The notes under the pieces are model-generated. The model was not told where the DNA came from. It made no database searches and worked only from the letters and a program-made list of their open reading frames with translations. A stretch of 64,000 nucleotides of DNA, from NCBI GenBank assembly GCA_009694185.1, contig SHVR01000008.1:2350-66349 (forward strand), written 5' to 3'. The stretch comes from Alphaproteobacteria bacterium (GTDB taxonomy: Bacteria > Pseudomonadota > Alphaproteobacteria > SHVR01). The position numbers were made by a program, and so were the translations under genes. Positions 57,021-64,000 of the stretch are shown here, piece by piece (position 1 is the stretch's first letter; every line of letters starts with the position of its first letter).

Positions 57021-57127
57021 GTGCTCCGGTTTAGTGTAATGCCAGGCGTCCGATCCTATCGACGCGGCGGTCGGCACCATTTGTGGGAGCCGGCGGCGCC
57101 GTCGAATAGACGGATTAGGATGGCTGG

Positions 57128-58297
57128 ATGAATATTCACGAGTATCAGGCCAAGGGCCTTTTGTCCCGCTATGGCGTTGCCACACCGCGGGGCGCCGTGG
57201 CCTACACGCCGGAGGAGGCCGCCGATCAGGCGGAACTCCTGGGCGGTTCGGTTTGGGTGGTCAAGGCCCAAATCCATGCCGGGGGGCGCGGCAAGGCTGG
57301 AGGTGTGAAGGTCGTCAAATCTATTGCCGAGGTCCGCCGATCGGCCCTGGCAATGCTTGGGACGACGCTTGTCACACCGCAGACCGGGCCGGCGGGCCGC
57401 GAGGTCAAGCGGCTCTATGTCGAAGAAGGGTTGGAGATCGCCCGCGAGCTGTATGTGGGGATGCTCGTCGATCGCGTGAGCGCCCGGGTCACGGTCATAG
57501 CCTCGACCGAGGGCGGCATGGAGATCGAGGAAGTGGCGCGCGACGCGCCCGAAAAAATACTACAGATCAGCATCGACCCGGTAAGCGGCTTGCAGGCGTT
57601 CCATGCCCGTAGGATAGCCTTTGCGCTCGGGTTGGGTGGCCAGCATGTCAGCCAGATGGTTGCCGTTCTTGGCGGCATGTATCGGGCGTTCGTCGAACTG
57701 GATGCGAGCACGATCGAGGTCAACCCTCTCGTTATTACCGGCAACGGCAAGCTTGTGGCGCTCGATGCGAAAATGAGCTTCGACGCCAACGCGCTATTCC
57801 GCCACACCGAGGTGGAGGACCTCCGGGACGAGAGCGAGGAGAACCCAGTCGAGCGCATGGCCGCCCGCCAGGAACTCAGCTACGTCAAGCTCGACGGTAA
57901 TATCGGTTGCCTCGTCAATGGGGCTGGGCTCGCCATGGCGACCATGGACATCATCAAATTATATGGAGCCGAGCCCGCCAACTTTCTCGACGTGGGCGGC
58001 GGCGCGACCAAGGAGCGGGTGACAGCGGCGTTCAAGATCATCCTGTCCGATCCCAGTGTCGAGGCCATTCTCGTCAACATCTTTGGTGGTATCATGCGCT
58101 GCGATGTCATCGCCGAGGGGGTGGTGACGGCGGCCCGCGAAGTCAGTCTCCAGATGCCGCTGGTCGTGCGCCTCGAGGGTACGAATGTCGCACTCGGTAA
58201 GAAGATACTGGCGGAGTCCGGGCTCGCCGTTATCGCCGCCGACAACTTGGCCGATGCGGCGGAGAAGGTTGTGCGCGCCGTGAAGGAGGCGCGCTGA
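57128..58297 (+). CDS. sucC: succinyl-CoA synthetase beta subunit
   Basis: [17 protein letters not shown] and the ATP-grasp pattern. 389 aa. Confidence 0.95.
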   Translation: MNIHEYQAKGLLSRYGVATPRGAVAYTPEEAADQAELLGGSVWVVKAQIHAGGRGKAGGVKVVKSIAEVRRSALAMLGTTLVTPQTGPAGREVKRLYVEEGLEIARELYVGMLVDRVSARVTVIASTEGGMEIEEVARDAPEKILQISIDPVSGLQAFHARRIAFALGLGGQHVSQMVAVLGGMYRAFVELDASTIEVNPLVITGNGKLVALDAKMSFDANALFRHTEVEDLRDESEENPVERMAARQELSYVKLDGNIGCLVNGAGLAMATMDIIKLYGAEPANFLDVGGGATKERVTAAFKIILSDPSVEAILVNIFGGIMRCDVIAEGVVTAAREVSLQMPLVVRLEGTNVALGKKILAESGLAVIAADNLADAAEKVVRAVKEAR

Positions 58298-59175
58298 TGG
58301 CGGTCCTGGTCGGTCGCGAGACCAAGGTCATCTGCCAGGGCATCACTGGCGCGCAAGGTACCTTTCATACCGAACAGGCGATCGCCTATGGCACGCGGAT
58401 GGTCGGTGGGGTGACGCCCGGCAAGGGCGGTGGTACCCATCTCGATCTGCCGATCTTCGATACGGTCGACGCGGCCGTGCGCCAGACCGGCGCCAATGCT
58501 TCGGTCATCTATGTCCCGCCGCCATTTGCCGCCGATGCCATCTTGGAGGCCATCGACGCGGGCGTGCCGCTCGTGATCTGTATCACCGAGGGCATCCCCG
58601 TTCTTGACATGGTGCGGGTCAAGCGGGCGTTGGTCGGCACCGAGACCCGCCTCATCGGCCCGAACTGTCCTGGCGCGATCACGCCAGGACAATGCAAGAT
58701 CGGCATCATGCCCGGCCATATCCACCTGCCGGGTCGAATCGGCATCGTGTCGCGGTCGGGCACGCTCACCTACGAAGCCGTGGCGCAGACCACGGCGGCC
58801 GGGCTCGGTCAGTCCACCTGTATCGGCATCGGCGGCGATCCGGTCAACGGCACTAGTTTCATTGACTGTTTAGATATGTTTCTCCGCGATGATGACACCG
58901 ACGGCATCATCATAATCGGTGAAATCGGGGGTAGTGGCGAGGAGGATGCGGCCGACTTCCTCAGGCGAAGGCGCCGCAAAAAGCCGATGGCGGGCTTTGT
59001 TGCCGGTGTGGCGGCGCCGCCCGGCCGGCGCATGGGGCATGCCGGCGCCGTGATTTCCGGCGGCCGCGGCTCCGCCGGCGACAAGATCGAGGCATTTCGT
59101 CGGGCCGGTATCCTGGTTGCTGACTCGCCCGCGAGCATCGGTAGCACTATGCTCAAGGCGCTGAAGGGTTCGTAA
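58297..59175 (+). CDS. sucD: succinyl-CoA synthetase alpha subunit
   Basis: [24 protein letters not shown] and MGHAGA motifs. Confidence 0.95.
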   Translation: MAVLVGRETKVICQGITGAQGTFHTEQAIAYGTRMVGGVTPGKGGGTHLDLPIFDTVDAAVRQTGANASVIYVPPPFAADAILEAIDAGVPLVICITEGIPVLDMVRVKRALVGTETRLIGPNCPGAITPGQCKIGIMPGHIHLPGRIGIVSRSGTLTYEAVAQTTAAGLGQSTCIGIGGDPVNGTSFIDCLDMFLRDDDTDGIIIIGEIGGSGEEDAADFLRRRRRKKPMAGFVAGVAAPPGRRMGHAGAVISGGRGSAGDKIEAFRRAGILVADSPASIGSTMLKALKGS

Positions 59176-59250
59176 TCTTCAAGGCGACGCACGGTTAGTC
59201 AAGACTTCACGACAGGGAGGACGTGCCGCAAGGGCGCGCGCCGGTGAACC

Positions 59251-62112
<2,862 letters not shown>

Positions 62113-62158
62113 GCAGCGCGCGCCGGCCGACCGTATGGCGCCGCCAAGCGGGAGTGTC

Positions 62159-63331
62159 ATGACGACGGAAATCAGGGTGCCGACCCTCGGCGAATCGATC
62201 ACCGAGGCGACCGTCGCGAAGTGGTTGAAGGCGGTCGGCGACCATGTGGCGGCCGACGAGCCGCTGGTCGAGCTCGAGACCGACAAGGTGACCGTGGAAG
62301 TGCCGGCGTCGGTCAACGGCACGCTCACCCAGATCATGGCCGATGTGGGTGTGAACGTGGCGGTCGGCGCGATCATCGGTGTCATCCAGCCGGGCGCGGG
62401 TAAGGTGGCCCTGGCACCCAGGCCCCAGGCGGCGAGACCCGCGCCGGCACTGGCCGCAAGACCGGCGCCGGCTGCCGCACCCCTCTCGCCCGCGGTCCGC
62501 CGTCTGGTGAGCGAGCACCAGCTTGCCCCCCGGGTGATCCTGGCGACCGGCAAGGACGGCCGCCTGACCAAGGGCGACGTGCTGACTTTCATCGAGGGCA
62601 AGGGTGAGGCGCCTGCCGCCGTGGGCACGGGACGGGCCGAGCGCCGCGTGCGCATGACGCGCTTGCGCAAGCGGATCGCCGAGCGCCTGAAGGAGGCGCA
62701 AAACACGGCCGCCATGCTCACCACCTTCAACGAGGTGGATATGACCGCCGTGCTCGCCGCGCGTGATCGCTACCGCGATAGGTTCGAGAAGCGGCATGGT
62801 GTTCGCCTCGGTTTCATGTCGTTCTTCGTCAAGGCGGCGATCGTCGCACTCAAGGAAGTGCCCGCCGTCAATGCCCAGATCGAGGGCGAGGAAGTCGTCT
62901 ACAAGGATTATTACGATATCGGGGTTGCCGTCGGCACCGCCCAGGGTCTCGTGGTGCCCATCCTGCGCGACGCGGACCGGCTTGGGTTCGCCGAGATCGA
63001 AAAGGCGATCGCCGAGTTCGGACACCGCGCCCGCGACGGCAAGCTCACCCTTGACGATTTGACCGGCGGCACATTCACCATCTCGAACGGTGGCGTCTAT
63101 GGCTCGCTGCTCTCGACGCCGATCCTCAATCCACCCCAATCCGGCATCCTCGGCATGCACAAGATCCAGCCGCGGCCCATCGCGGTCGGCGACAAGGTCG
63201 AAATTCGGCCGATGATGTATCTCGCGGTTTCTTACGACCATCGCATCATCGACGGGTCGGAGGCGGTGACTTTCCTGGTGCGTCTCAAGGAGTGCATCGA
63301 GGACCCGCAGCGTATCCTGTTCGACATGTAG
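62159..63331 (+). CDS. sucB: dihydrolipoyllysine-residue succinyltransferase (2-oxoglutarate dehydrogenase E2)
   Basis: Lipoyl domain [13 protein letters not shown], an Ala/Pro linker, and catalytic SYDHRIIDG. Confidence 0.95.
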   Translation: MTTEIRVPTLGESITEATVAKWLKAVGDHVAADEPLVELETDKVTVEVPASVNGTLTQIMADVGVNVAVGAIIGVIQPGAGKVALAPRPQAARPAPALAARPAPAAAPLSPAVRRLVSEHQLAPRVILATGKDGRLTKGDVLTFIEGKGEAPAAVGTGRAERRVRMTRLRKRIAERLKEAQNTAAMLTTFNEVDMTAVLAARDRYRDRFEKRHGVRLGFMSFFVKAAIVALKEVPAVNAQIEGEEVVYKDYYDIGVAVGTAQGLVVPILRDADRLGFAEIEKAIAEFGHRARDGKLTLDDLTGGTFTISNGGVYGSLLSTPILNPPQSGILGMHKIQPRPIAVGDKVEIRPMMYLAVSYDHRIIDGSEAVTFLVRLKECIEDPQRILFDM

Positions 63332-63349
63332 TGGGCAGGGGTGACCGAT

Positions 63350-64000
63350 ATGGCTGAGAGCTATGACGTTGTCGTCATCGGCGGCGGTCCCGGCGGCTAT
63401 GTGGCCGCGATCCGGGCGGCCCAGCTTGGTCTCAAGGTCGCCTGCGTCGAGAGACGCCCGACCCTCGGCGGTACCTGCCTCAATGTCGGCTGTATTCCCT
63501 CGAAAGAATTGCTGCACTCCTCCCATCTCTTCGAGCAGGCGGCGCACGATCTGGCGGCCCACGGCATCGCCACCGGCAAGGTGACTTGCGATCTCGATGT
63601 GCTGTTGGCCCGCAAGGACAAGGTGGTGGGCGATCTCACCAAGGGCATCGAGTTCTTGTTCCGTAAAAACAAGGTCGACCACGTCAAGGGCACGGGCCGC
63701 ATCGCCGAGCCCGGCACCGTCGCCGTAACGCTGCCGGGCGGCAAAGGCGCGGAACAAATGCTGGCCGCCAAGGCCATCGTCATCGCGACCGGCTCCGAGG
63801 TGGCGCGGGTGCCGGGCCTCGACGTGGACGAGGTGCGGATCGTTTCCTCGACCGGGGCGCTCGCGCTCAAATCCGTGCCGAAGCATTTGGTGGTCGTCGG
63901 CGGCGGCTATATTGGCCTCGAAATGGGTACCGTTTGGCGACGGCTCGGCGCCGAGGTCACGGTGATCGAGTTCCTGGACTCGATCCTGGCCAATTTGGAT
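63350..64000 (+). CDS. lpdA: dihydrolipoyl dehydrogenase, N-terminal part (3' end lies outside the window)
   Basis: My hand translation gives [27 protein letters not shown]...[13 protein letters not shown] (the redox disulfide). The frame is open to the window end. Confidence 0.9.
   Translation, partial: MAESYDVVVIGGGPGGYVAAIRAAQLGLKVACVERRPTLGGTCLNVGCIPSKELLHSSHLFEQAAHDLAAHGIATGKVTCDLDVLLARKDKVVGDLTKGIEFLFRKNKVDHVKGTGRIAEPGTVAVTLPGGKGAEQMLAAKAIVIATGSEVARVPGLDVDEVRIVSSTGALALKSVPKHLVVVGGGYIGLEMGTVWRRLGAEVTVIEFLDSILANLD

Overview
High-GC bacterial chromosomal segment, roughly 65-68% GC by eye. The gene order looks alphaproteobacterial: rpsP-rimM-trmD-rplS-leuC-leuD-leuB-asd, sdhCDAB, mdh-sucCDAB-lpdA, ftsY and ffh, and a DUF2336 gene. 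Most of the window is core metabolism and translation, plus two ABC importers (Liv-type at 0.6-5.2 kb, Dpp/Opp-type at 14.5-19.6 kb). Accessory or decayed DNA sits in a few places. (1) An IS256-type transposase relic at about 5.4-5.6 kb. (2) A CoA-transferase plus CoxM/S/L-type molybdenum hydroxylase operon at 8.3-13.2 kb, with a broken gene at each end. (3) A brnT/brnA-type toxin-antitoxin cassette at 24.2-24.75 kb, flanked by a diverged 150-nt duplication of the neighbouring gene's 3' end; the toxin has a stop at codon 2. (4) A two-gene cassette of unknown function at 41.8-43.5 kb, between asd and pdxY. It has atypical codon usage and encodes a small basic protein plus a 425-aa protein whose ImmA/IrrE-like C-terminus appears to lack the HExxH motif. 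An orphan PD-(D/E)xK-like gene lies on the other side of pdxY. This locus is my best candidate for an undescribed toxin/immunity or defence-type system. (5) A Uma2-family nuclease gene abuts sdhB. I saw no rRNA, tRNA or CRISPR array by eye. All homology statements come from motif recognition in the supplied translations, not from database searches.
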